Source of the DNA: Verrucomicrobiota bacterium
GTDB lineage: Bacteria > Verrucomicrobiota > Verrucomicrobiia > Limisphaerales > Palsa-1400
Direction: 5' to 3'
NCBI GenBank assembly: GCA_049510745.1
Contig: JBEKYR010000009.1
Coordinates: forward strand, 32,001 to 96,000
Length of the DNA: 64,000 nucleotides
Part shown: positions 27,989 to 36,998 of the stretch, one piece after another
How positions within the stretch are numbered: the first letter of the stretch is position 1
Layout of the letters: the number at the start of each line of letters is the position of its first letter
The notes under the pieces: model-generated
Database searches by the model: none
What the model was told of the DNA's origin: nothing
The model's input: only the letters and a program-made list of their open reading frames with translations
Program-made: the position numbers and the translations under genes

Positions 27989-30900
27989 TTAATGCCGCGT
28001 TTTGTAAGCCTTCTGGTAACGGTCGGACGCGGCGAGATTCTTGCGGAGGCCGACCAGGCGGCGGTCGGTGAAGGGCAGATTCGGCCGGACGCGACGGAGC
28101 ATCGGGTCGGCTTGGAATTCTGTTTTGATGAACTCGACTTCGTTGGCGGGAATCTTGAACGCCTTCGCCACGATCTTGTCGAGTTTGTCCAGCGTGCCGG
28201 CGAGTGACCGCTCGTAATTCTTTCGATCAAAATCGGCGACGGTCTGTTGCCATTGCTTCAAGGTGGCCGGCGTCGGGATGGGGATGCCCACCATGACGTT
28301 TCGGGAAAGCGACTCTTCAGCCCGCAATTTCAAACCTTCAGCAAAGCAGCGGGCAATGGTCTCGTCGTTAATGGCAACCCAATGCAACAAATCCTCTCCG
28401 GGTTGGATGACGAAAAGGCCGTCGCGCTCATAGACGATGGGGTCGCCAATCTTCACCGGCTTGCCGGCTTCGACTTCCTCCGACCAATCCACTTTGGCCT
28501 TGGCGGAATCGGTTACGATTTCCGTGAGCGTGGTGTGGGCGGCGACATCGAGTTTTTCGAGCAACACGTCTTCGCGCTGATGCAGATTTTCGCAGGCGGC
28601 GAGGAATTCCTTGCGCAACTGAATCAATTTGTCCTGATGTTCGGTCAGCTTGTCTGACCACGGCAGACGGCGAACTGTGCTGGGATAGACATGGCAGCGG
28701 GCGCGGAATAAAATGGCCTCCCGCTGTGACAAGCCGAAGAAATATTGGTAGAGCCGGGAGAGAACCAAGAAATCGAATGGAAATTCAACAAGGGTTGTCT
28801 TTGGAACGAAAAGAGTGCCGGTGTCGAGAAAGGCCGTTTTACGCGGGTTGAAAGGCGCGGCGGTCAATGCTGTTGAAATCTGGTGAAAAACAAACCCTCG
28901 TTCAGGAAGTATGTCGGAAAACCGCCAGAGACTCGGATCGTCAACTCTCTGTATATCTATGTTCTTCTGAATTGGATCGCCCTCGATCCGGCAAGCCACA
29001 ATGTTTTCACCTTTAAAAATTTCAATACCGCCTTGTTTGGCTTGATGAACTTCGCCGCGAAATACAGCGCCGCGTCGGAGCATATCTGTCTGTTCCCAGC
29101 GCAAATCCGCTTCATCATCGGACCTTGTCAGCGACCAGGCGCGAATCGTGTTCTTGGATTTGCCGATCCAGAACGTTTGGGCGATGTCCGCAAATGTTTG
29201 ACCGGCAAAGCGGTCGAGAATCGCTTTCCGCTCCGGCGTGATTTTGGTGAGGATGCGTCCGTCCGGCGTGAACACGTCGGCGTAAGGCATCTCCGTCAGG
29301 ATGGCTTTATTAAGGTCGAACTCGACGTGTTTCTTGTCGAAGCCGGTGAACTTGGCGCAGCGTTCATCCGCCACGCGGAGACGAATTATATCGTCCTTGG
29401 TCGGTGGGCGTTTTTCGGCAATGAAAATGATGGGCACAACGTCGCCACTGAAGACCATCGGGCCGATGATTTCCAAGTCCACGATTTCCAGTATCGTCCA
29501 CCTGCCGCCGGGCGCGAACAGTCTGCGGAGCTTTTTGTTGTCGTCGTTGTCGCAGAAGGAAATGGGAAGCACGAAGCCGGTTTTACCGGGGCCTTTGTCA
29601 CCGTTGGCGGCGCGACACCAGCCATCCATCGCTTTGAACAGGAAGAGCGAATAGAGGTCGATGTTTGCCGAGATTTCCGTGTTGAAATAAGCCTCGTCCT
29701 CTTTGGTAAGACTGGCTTCCTGGCGCTCCGGCCGGACGTAAGGCGGATTGCCGACGACGGCATCGTATTCCGGCAAATCCACGAGGGAAAATTCGGAGAG
29801 GTGCGCGTCGAATAATCCTTCGACCAGAGCCTGACGGCGCAGGGAATTGCCGCCGCCAGTGATGGCCGCTTCCGGGAAACCGTGCTTTTTGATGTCATCA
29901 CGGAAGGCAAACAAATGCCAGAGCATCTGGATTTGAGCGACCATGGAGGAAAAGGTGTTGATGTCGTTGCCACGCACGTTAGCCATCGCTTCGAGGACAT
30001 CCTCGAAGGAAGCGACCCCTTTGGCGACAGCGTCACCGGCGACGGCTTTGAAGGCTTCGATGAGAAATGTGCCCAAGCCGCAGGCCGGGTCAATGACCTT
30101 GTCGCCTTTCTTCAATCCCATCTGTCGCACAATGTAGCGGGCGATGTCCGGCGGCGTGTAGTGTTCGCCGAGGCGTTTGCGCTGGCTGGTGTCAAGAAAC
30201 TGGCCGTAGATGTTGCTCAATACATCCTGCTCGATGGTGGCAAAATCGAAGTGTGAGAGATAAAACAGGGCGCGCTCGACGGCCAGGGAGAGGTGCTTGT
30301 CGTTGTTGGCCAGTACCCAGTCCAGTTCGTTCTCGCTGAAGACGGCAGCATGAATTTTTGAGCCTTGATGGTAAACGTCGCGAATCAGCCGCGTGTAGCT
30401 GAGGTCGAAATACTGGCGCATTTGCTGGAAGGCTTTGACGCCGCCGTTGCAGAGGTATTTTTTCTCGCCGAAGAAGCCGTGATCCTCAAAGAACCGCAAC
30501 ACCATGCAGCGCGAAAGCAGCAGGCTGGCCGTTTCGGCAGCGAGCAGCTCGAGGGCTTTGTCCTGATCGCCTTTTGCCCGTTCCAGATATTCCGGCAAGG
30601 TGAAGTAGGCGAGTCGCGCGATTGCAACGTTGCGTCGCACCACCCTGAACAAGGCGCGAACATCTTTGCGGTGCTTCTTGAAAGTCTCGCGGCTGTTGAA
30701 TTCGTTTTCTTTTCCTGCCAACCGAAACGGATCGAGATGGATCTCCTGAATGCCGTAATTCTGACGAAAGGAGTCGAAAAGTTCTTTGACGGCCAGCGCG
30801 TCTGTCACCATCCCATCCAGCGCCCGGCGGCAGGCGGTTTGCAGAAGCTGGGCGGAAGTGCGCATGGAGAGATAAAACTCATTGCGGGCGCGTTCCAACT

Positions 30901-31528
30901 CTTCTTCCTTGCGGTGCGTGAGCAGTATTCCAAAATAACTCAGTTTGATTTCGGCGATGGGATGCCCTTTGTCATCGCGAAATGCCTGGAGGCGGCGATT
31001 GGTGCCCGCGTGTGCCGCGGATATTTCGAGGCAACGTTGTTTGAAAACTCCCTCGGTCAGTCCGTCCCACTTGATTACAATGTCGCGGCTTGCGTCATAG
31101 TTGGCTGACCGGGTGGAAACCGCGCGGAGCACCAAGCAGGATGGGTCAACCATCACAAACCACACGGTATCGAGGTCAATGTATTTGGACTTCTCCGCGA
31201 AGGTTTCGCGGCGGCTCTCTTCATTCAGAAACGTTTCCGCTTCATCCTTGGCCTCCAGCACGAGCCAGCGTGATTTGATTTCTTTGCCTTTGGCGTCCAG
31301 CACGCCGGTCGGGGCAAACACCGCGAGGTCGGGAATGTTTCCTTGTTCGTTGGCGGTGTCTGTAAAAACGTCCTCGGCTTTGAAATCGAGAAAGCGGACA
31401 AACAAATCCCGAATGAACGGATACATATTCCGCTCTTGTCCGGGCTGGCACCGCGTGATGCCGCGAATGCACTCCTGAAAATCACCCGCGGGTTTCTTGC
31501 CCGGCTTTGATATCCGTGTTGGTGCCAT
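27989..31528 (-). CDS. Type IIG (Eco57I-like) restriction-modification enzyme
   Basis: N-terminal PD...EAK nuclease; RKRLGEHYTP, DPACGLGTFL, VGNPPY (N6-MTase); C-terminal TRD; start placed at MAPTRISK. Confidence 0.85.
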   Translation of the reverse strand: MAPTRISKPGKKPAGDFQECIRGITRCQPGQERNMYPFIRDLFVRFLDFKAEDVFTDTANEQGNIPDLAVFAPTGVLDAKGKEIKSRWLVLEAKDEAETFLNEESRRETFAEKSKYIDLDTVWFVMVDPSCLVLRAVSTRSANYDASRDIVIKWDGLTEGVFKQRCLEISAAHAGTNRRLQAFRDDKGHPIAEIKLSYFGILLTHRKEEELERARNEFYLSMRTSAQLLQTACRRALDGMVTDALAVKELFDSFRQNYGIQEIHLDPFRLAGKENEFNSRETFKKHRKDVRALFRVVRRNVAIARLAYFTLPEYLERAKGDQDKALELLAAETASLLLSRCMVLRFFEDHGFFGEKKYLCNGGVKAFQQMRQYFDLSYTRLIRDVYHQGSKIHAAVFSENELDWVLANNDKHLSLAVERALFYLSHFDFATIEQDVLSNIYGQFLDTSQRKRLGEHYTPPDIARYIVRQMGLKKGDKVIDPACGLGTFLIEAFKAVAGDAVAKGVASFEDVLEAMANVRGNDINTFSSMVAQIQMLWHLFAFRDDIKKHGFPEAAITGGGNSLRRQALVEGLFDAHLSEFSLVDLPEYDAVVGNPPYVRPERQEASLTKEDEAYFNTEISANIDLYSLFLFKAMDGWCRAANGDKGPGKTGFVLPISFCDNDDNKKLRRLFAPGGRWTILEIVDLEIIGPMVFSGDVVPIIFIAEKRPPTKDDIIRLRVADERCAKFTGFDKKHVEFDLNKAILTEMPYADVFTPDGRILTKITPERKAILDRFAGQTFADIAQTFWIGKSKNTIRAWSLTRSDDEADLRWEQTDMLRRGAVFRGEVHQAKQGGIEIFKGENIVACRIEGDPIQKNIDIQRVDDPSLWRFSDILPERGFVFHQISTALTAAPFNPRKTAFLDTGTLFVPKTTLVEFPFDFLVLSRLYQYFFGLSQREAILFRARCHVYPSTVRRLPWSDKLTEHQDKLIQLRKEFLAACENLHQREDVLLEKLDVAAHTTLTEIVTDSAKAKVDWSEEVEAGKPVKIGDPIVYERDGLFVIQPGEDLLHWVAINDETIARCFAEGLKLRAEESLSRNVMVGIPIPTPATLKQWQQTVADFDRKNYERSLAGTLDKLDKIVAKAFKIPANEVEFIKTEFQADPMLRRVRPNLPFTDRRLVGLRKNLAASDRYQKAYKTRH

Positions 31529-31731
31529 TGTTTGCTCTCTGAACGAGGATGAGATTACGCCGCGCAAATGTTGCAGACAAGACATGCGTGGCGAATTTTA
31601 ATGGACAGGCCATCCTCCGTATTCACCCGCCGGGTGAATGCCCCGCCACGTCGCTCAGGATTGGGGTTCCGCCCGCGTCCGACGGGAAAGGCTGGATTGC
31701 CGCCGGGCCGCGCCCTAACATGGCCGCCGGG

Positions 31732-33522
31732 ATGAAAGTCTTGTTTCGCGCCCTCAGCTATTTTCGGGCCGACGCGGCCCGGATTGGCGCGGTCTTTGGT
31801 CTCCTGCTCGCCAGCGTCGTGCTCAACGTGCTCAAGCCGTGGCCGCTGGCGCTGATGGTCGATAGCGTCCTCGGACACCGGCCGCTGCCGGCCCTGCTCG
31901 CGCCGGCCGGCGCCTGGGAAAAACCAGCCCTCATCGCCTTTCTGGCCGGGGCGATTTTTCTGCTGCACTTCGCGCAGGGCGCGCTGGCCTGGGCGCAGAA
32001 TTATTTCTCGATCCAAGTGGGCCTGCGGGGGCTGACCCGCGTGCGGCAGGAAGTGTTCGCGCGCCTGCAACGGCTCTCGCTGCGTTTTCACCAGGGGGCC
32101 AACGCGGGCGATTTGATTTACCGCGCTTCGTGGGACACCTACGCCTTCCAGACTTTGTTTCAGCAAGGGTTGATGACCTTCGTCACCGCGCTGCTTTCGC
32201 TCCTGCTCATGGTCTGCATCATGGCGCGGCTCAATGGGCCGCTGACGCTGGTGGCGCTGGCGCTGGCGCCGCTGCTGGTCATGGGCATCCGTGTCTTTGG
32301 CCGGGCCATGCGCGAACGGACGGCCCTGGCCCAACAAGCCGACAGCCGCGTGACCTCGCTGGTCCAGCAAAGCATCGCCGCGCTGCCGCTGACGCAAAGT
32401 TACACGCGCGAAGAGTACGAGGCGGGGCGCTTCCAGGCGCAAGCGGTCGAGGCGCAGGCGCGGCGGCTTTCCCAGCACGGCAGCGAGCTGGCTTATGGGT
32501 TTGTCGTTGCCGCGATTTTTGGATTGGGCGCGGCGCTGACGGCGTGGCTCGGGGCCAGGCAGGTGCTGGCGGGGGCGCTGAGCATCGGGCAACTGTTGGT
32601 CTTCCTCTCCTACCTGCTCCAGCTTTACGAACCGCTCAACCAATTGTCCTTCGTCGGCGCGACCGTCGCCGGGGCGACGGCCGGGGCGCGGCGCGTTTTT
32701 GAGATTCTCGACACGCCGGAGAGCGTCCCGGATGGGACGCGGACGCTGAGTTTGGAACCCCGACTGGTTTCGGGGCAGGAATCCAATCCTCCTTCGCCAG
32801 CGCCGCGGAGGATAGGGATTCAAAGTCTCGCGTTCCGGGGGGTGTCGTTCGCTTATGAGCCGGGACGCGAGGTATTGCGCGAGGTCACCTTCTCGCTGCA
32901 AAGCGGGGAGGCGGCGGCGGTGATCGGGCCGAGCGGGGCGGGCAAGAGCACCCTGCTCCATTTGTTGCCCCGGTTCTTCGATCCGACGCGCGGGGGCATC
33001 GAGTTGGACGGGGTTGATTTGCGGGAATTCCGCCTGCAAGACCTCCGCCGCCAGATGGCGCTGGTCTCGCAGGAACCGATCATTCTGCCCGCCACCGTGG
33101 CCGAAAACATCGCCTACGGCAAACCCGGCGCGGCGGCGGAGGAGATTGCGGCGGCGGCGCGGGCGGCGAACGCGGCGGCCTTCATCGAGAAACTTCCGCA
33201 ACAATTCCAGACCCGCATTGGCGAAGGCGCCGCGCGGTTGAGCGCGGGCGAACGGCAGCGGATCAACCTGGCGCGCGCTTTTTTGAAGGACGCGCCCATC
33301 CTGCTGCTGGACGAACCGACCAGCGCGCTGGACGCGGAGAGCGAGAGGCTGATCGCCGAGAGCCTGCGGGAGTTGTTGCGCGGGCGCATCGCCCTGATCG
33401 TGGCGCACCGCCTGGCCACCATTGCCGGCTTGCCCCGCGCGCTGGCGCTGAAGGAGGGACGGCTGACCGAGATGCGCACGACCGAGAGGGCGCATCCCGG
33501 TTCTTGGCAACCCTCTGGTTAA
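31732..33522 (+). CDS. ABC exporter, fused TMD-NBD
   Basis: 6-TM domain; GPSGAGKST, LSAGERQR, LLLDEPTSALD, AHRL; C-terminus somewhat short or atypical. Confidence 0.9.
   Translation: MKVLFRALSYFRADAARIGAVFGLLLASVVLNVLKPWPLALMVDSVLGHRPLPALLAPAGAWEKPALIAFLAGAIFLLHFAQGALAWAQNYFSIQVGLRGLTRVRQEVFARLQRLSLRFHQGANAGDLIYRASWDTYAFQTLFQQGLMTFVTALLSLLLMVCIMARLNGPLTLVALALAPLLVMGIRVFGRAMRERTALAQQADSRVTSLVQQSIAALPLTQSYTREEYEAGRFQAQAVEAQARRLSQHGSELAYGFVVAAIFGLGAALTAWLGARQVLAGALSIGQLLVFLSYLLQLYEPLNQLSFVGATVAGATAGARRVFEILDTPESVPDGTRTLSLEPRLVSGQESNPPSPAPRRIGIQSLAFRGVSFAYEPGREVLREVTFSLQSGEAAAVIGPSGAGKSTLLHLLPRFFDPTRGGIELDGVDLREFRLQDLRRQMALVSQEPIILPATVAENIAYGKPGAAAEEIAAAARAANAAAFIEKLPQQFQTRIGEGAARLSAGERQRINLARAFLKDAPILLLDEPTSALDAESERLIAESLRELLRGRIALIVAHRLATIAGLPRALALKEGRLTEMRTTERAHPGSWQPSG
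32787..32816 (+). repeat. REP-like family 1 unit inside the ABC CDS (30 nt, frame-preserving)
   Basis: TCCTCCTTCGCCAGCGCCGCGGAGGATAGG vs TCCTCCTTCGCCAAGGCTTTGGAGGACAGG at 14325. Confidence 0.7.
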
Positions 33523-33640
33523 CAAGAGACAATGGCTCGCCCCACTCAGGCGCAAAAGAACGACCAATGTAACGCCTCAGTGACGCCGGGAAAAAGCGGA
33601 CCTTTAAAAAAATTTTCATTTTGCCGTCTGCACATTTTCC

Positions 33641-33791
33641 TTGACAAAGGGAGAGAATCGAGTCTAGCATACCCGCATTGCGGCTTTCAATGCGGGTATG
33701 CTGCGATTTCGTCTTCGCCCCAATCTCTGGCGATGTTCTCGATCTGTTTGCCGAATGGTCACTCTTGTCCAGGAACGATTTCCGCCGGCGA
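33641..33791 (+). other. Conserved intergenic element, copy A (promoter + palindrome + ~90-nt conserved tail)
   Basis: TTGACA-N18-TAGCAT overlapping AGCATA-CCCGCATTGCGGCTTTCAATGCGGG-TATGCT; collinear with 45593-45741. Confidence 0.75.
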
Positions 33792-33793
33792 CG

Positions 33794-33853
33794 CCCGCCG
33801 TTGCCAAGGCTTCCGTCTTCGTTAAAACTCCGGCGGACAAGTTGGCGGACCAG
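33794..33853 (+). repeat. REP-like family 1, nested pair
   Basis: Outer CCCGCCGTTGCCAAGGCT (33794-33811) + TTGGCGGACCAG; inner 33812-33841 TCCGTCTTCGTTAAAACTCCGGCGGACAAG. Confidence 0.8.
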
Positions 33854-34002
33854 CCGACGCGTGCGACCGACGCGGTCGCACTTCTGAAAAGTCACCAAGG
33901 AATCGAGTGTGCCGCGTGCCGTCTTTCCTAATGACGAAACTGACCGAGAGCCGGGCGCAGAGCGCGCTTGATTATTCGCGGCGAAGCGGACATGCTCCCG
34001 GA

Positions 34003-34257
34003 ATGGGCCTGCCAAATACGCCACTGACGTTGACTCCGGAGCAGCTCAAGGAGCTGAACCAGAAGCTTTCGCACATGCGCCACGAGATCAACAATCAACT
34101 CTCGCTTATTGTGGCCGCACTGGAATTGATCCGCTTCAAGCCGGATTTGCGGGACAGGATGCTGGACACGCTCAGCCAGCAGCCGCCCAAGATCATGGCG
34201 GAAGTGGCCAAGTTCTCCGCCGAATTCGAGCAGGCCCTGGGCATCACCCGGGAGTAG
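34003..34257 (+). CDS. Stand-alone HisKA/DHp-like protein (84 aa)
   Basis: H-box-like MRHEINNQLSLIVAALELI; no HATPase domain; TTGATT-N17-CATGCT-N6-ATG. Confidence 0.7.
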   Translation: MGLPNTPLTLTPEQLKELNQKLSHMRHEINNQLSLIVAALELIRFKPDLRDRMLDTLSQQPPKIMAEVAKFSAEFEQALGITRE

Positions 34258-34300
34258 GGCGGCCGCCTCGGAAAGGCCCGGCGCGGAGGGGGAAGGAACG

Positions 34301-34419
34301 CAATTTCCAATTTAAAATTTTCAATGACCAATTTTCAATGGCCTTCCAGACCTCGGGACTTGATTGGAGGATTATTGGGAATTGAAAATTTGTAATTGAC
34401 AATTTTAAATTTGCAATTG
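34301..34419. repeat. Inverted pair of AT-rich heptamer arrays
   Basis: CAATTTC CAATTTA AAATTTT CAATGAC CAATTTT CAAT ... ATTGGGA ATTGAAA ATTTGTA ATTGACA ATTTTAA ATTTGCA ATTG. Confidence 0.8.
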
Positions 34420-34487
34420 GCAACCCCGCCCCCGGCGGCGGGCATCTTGTGCTTTGTCTCCCGGAGCTTTGCTGGCACATTGGCGGG

Positions 34488-35063
34488 ATGGACCGAACCG
34501 ACGCGGAGTTGATTGCCGCCGTGAAAAACGGCGATGCCGCCAGCTTCGAGCCGCTGGTGCAGAAGTACCAGGGGCGGGTCTTTGCCACCGCCCGCCGCTA
34601 CGCCCGGCGCGAAAGCGAAGTTGAAGACATCGTGCAGGAGGTCTTTATCAAGGCCTTCCAGAAACTGGACGGTTTCCGGGGCGAGGCGCCGTTCGAGCAT
34701 TGGCTGATGCGCCTGGCGGTGCGGACGTGCTACGATTTTTTGCGCGGGCACCAACGCAACCGCGAGACGGTCTTCACCGAATTGACCGGGCCGGAAAACG
34801 ATTGGCTGGACCGCTTTGCCGTCGCGCCGGACCACGCCAGCGAGGAGGCGGAGGCGGCGCGGCAGTTGGTGGACAAGGTGTTGGAACGGCTCTCGCCGCC
34901 GGCGCGGCTGGTGATTACCTTGCTGGAGATCGAGGAGAGGCCGGTGAAGGAAATCGCCCGGATCACCGGCTGGTCGGTGACGCTGGTCAAGGTGCGGGCC
35001 TTTCGCGCGCGGGCGGAAATGCGAAGAATTCTGGCAAGGATCGCCAAAGACAAGTACCTGTAA
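34488..35063 (+). CDS. ECF sigma-70 factor
   Basis: DAELI...GD..SFEPLV, EDIVQEVFIKAF, FEHWLMR, EIARITG..VTLVKVRAFRAR. Confidence 0.92.
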   Translation: MDRTDAELIAAVKNGDAASFEPLVQKYQGRVFATARRYARRESEVEDIVQEVFIKAFQKLDGFRGEAPFEHWLMRLAVRTCYDFLRGHQRNRETVFTELTGPENDWLDRFAVAPDHASEEAEAARQLVDKVLERLSPPARLVITLLEIEERPVKEIARITGWSVTLVKVRAFRARAEMRRILARIAKDKYL

Positions 35064-35101
35064 CCCCAAGGCGGCCCCAGCCGTCTGAAAAAAGTGGTTG
35101 T

Positions 35102-35410
35102 ATGAATTTGAATGAGTTGCACGCCAAGTTGATCGCCGCCGCGCGGAAGAATCCCCCCGGCGGCCATGTCCCCTACGCGTTTGAGAAGCGGATCATGAGC
35201 CATCTGGCCGCGCGTCCCGCGCCCAACCTTTGGGCGCTGTGGGGCGGGCCGCTGTGGCGCGCCGCCCTCTCCTGCGTGGCCATCACCGTCTTGTGCGGTC
35301 TCTGGTCTTTTGCCGCGCACCGCGCCGCGGACGATGCCGGCAGTTTTTCGCAGGACTTTGACGCGGCGGTTTTCGCGCCCTTGAATGAGCACCTCGAGGA
35401 GGCGTGGTGA
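35102..35410 (+). CDS. Putative membrane anti-sigma factor
   Basis: Follows the ECF gene; VPYAFEKRIM plus a single TM. Confidence 0.65.
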   Translation: MNLNELHAKLIAAARKNPPGGHVPYAFEKRIMSHLAARPAPNLWALWGGPLWRAALSCVAITVLCGLWSFAAHRAADDAGSFSQDFDAAVFAPLNEHLEEAW

Positions 35411-35880
35411 GCCCTTGGAAGGTCATCCTGGCGACCATGGTGATCTTCGCCTGTGGCATCCTCACCGGCGCGCTGGTGATGAAAGCCGACCGGCCGCCAG
35501 CCATCGTCCCCCCTGCTCCGCAGCCGTTGGCGGCCAGCCTCAGGAACCCCGCGCCACCCTGGTGGCAATTGCAAAGGCTGGAGTTTTTCAAAAGGATGGA
35601 GAAGCAGTTGGACCTGGCGCCGGAGCAGCGGGAACAAATTGACCTGATCCTCAAGGAGAGCCAGGAGCGGACCAAGCCGTTGTGGGACCAGATCGCTCCG
35701 CAAATGACCGGGGAATTAAAGCGCGTCCGCCAGGAAGTCAACAAGGTGCTCACGCCCGAGCAGCGAAAGAAGATGAATGAATTGACGCGCCGCGGCCGCA
35801 AGTCCGACGCCGGCCCGCTCACCAACAGCCCCTCTTGGCGTCCGCCGCAAGCGCCCGAAGCCGAGGCCGGCCCGCGCTAG
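35407..35880 (+). CDS. Spy/CpxP-like periplasmic helical protein
   Basis: N-terminal TM; LDLAPEQREQI and VLTPEQRKK (LTxxQ); GTGA overlap with the previous gene. Confidence 0.7.
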   Translation: MSPWKVILATMVIFACGILTGALVMKADRPPAIVPPAPQPLAASLRNPAPPWWQLQRLEFFKRMEKQLDLAPEQREQIDLILKESQERTKPLWDQIAPQMTGELKRVRQEVNKVLTPEQRKKMNELTRRGRKSDAGPLTNSPSWRPPQAPEAEAGPR

Positions 35881-35930
35881 TTCGAGAATTTCATTTTAAA
35901 AAAAGCTGTCTGGCGCTAATCTCCCGCCAG

Positions 35931-36836
35931 ATGCAAGCCCTGTTGGAAACGCCCTGGGCTGAAGAGGGTTCTTTGAGGCGCCGCGAACGGAAGGCTTTCC
36001 GCGCCGCAGCGCGGGCGTTTAGTTTGATCGAGTTGATGGTGGTGATTGTCATCATCGCGATCATGGCGGCGTTGCTGTTGCCCGTGCTGTCCAAGGCCAG
36101 GCAGCAGTCCGCTGCCGCCGGCTGCCTGGGCAACCAAAAACAATTGGTCACCGCCTTGCGCATGTACACGGAGGACAATGGCGATCGCATCGTGCAGATG
36201 GCCGATTACACGACGGGGCGCGAGATCTACCCGGCCGGCGGCTTTTGGGGGGGGCCGCAGCCACTCCCAAGCACCTGGACCAACGCCAGTTGCGCCTTGG
36301 CGGCGGTGCAGAGGGGCTTGACGGGCAGCAACGCCCTTTATTTCTATTGCAACAATCTGGGTTCGTATCATTGCCCGGGAGACATGCGAGACACGCGCGT
36401 TCCCTCCACCAACAGCCCCAACGGATGGGCTTACGACAGCTATGCGCGGACGCAGAACCTCGGAGGAGAACCGTATCGGAATTACTGGGGCGCCAAGGCC
36501 ACTTACACCAAAATGTCGGCCATCCAGCAACCCAGCGCGACCTTCTCCATGATGGAAGGGGCCGATTGGCGCGGCTACAACGTGGGCACCTGGGTGGTCG
36601 TTTGGTCCGGAGACGGTTTCCAGTGGAAGGACCCGCCCGCCACGTCCCACAACAAAGTCAGCTCCGTGGGTTTCGCCGACGGCCACGGAGTATTGCACAA
36701 GTGGACCGACCCCGCCGTCGCCGCCGCCGGCCAAGGGGCAGCCCAGGGGTTTTCCAAAACCAACTGGACAGGGGCGACCAACGGCCCGGATTACTTTTTC
36801 GTCTATAACGGGTATCTGTTTCCGGGTCATCGTTAG
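35931..36836 (+). CDS. Prepilin-type N-terminal cleavage/methylation protein with H-X9-DG motif (DUF1559-like)
   Basis: AFSLIELMVVIVIIAIMAALLLPVLSKAR, CLGNQKQ, YHCPGD, HNKVSSVGFADGH; start uncertain. Confidence 0.88.
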   Translation: MQALLETPWAEEGSLRRRERKAFRAAARAFSLIELMVVIVIIAIMAALLLPVLSKARQQSAAAGCLGNQKQLVTALRMYTEDNGDRIVQMADYTTGREIYPAGGFWGGPQPLPSTWTNASCALAAVQRGLTGSNALYFYCNNLGSYHCPGDMRDTRVPSTNSPNGWAYDSYARTQNLGGEPYRNYWGAKATYTKMSAIQQPSATFSMMEGADWRGYNVGTWVVVWSGDGFQWKDPPATSHNKVSSVGFADGHGVLHKWTDPAVAAAGQGAAQGFSKTNWTGATNGPDYFFVYNGYLFPGHR

Positions 36837-36904
36837 GCGGGCCATAAGACTCCGCCCTGGATTTCCAATCAGGCCGCCTGCGATGAGCCGGGGCGGCGGG
36901 CGAA

Positions 36905-36922
36905 TTGTCACGAAATTGTCAC
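36905..36922 (+). promoter_or_regulatory. Pho box
   Basis: TTGTCAC-gaaa-TTGTCAC, 11-bp period direct repeat upstream of pstS. Confidence 0.75.
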
Positions 36923-36998
36923 ACGAAATTCCTTCCGTTGCCATGCGGAACCGCTATGAAGGTCACTGTCCGTGAATGTTTTTCCACAGACCCATAAC

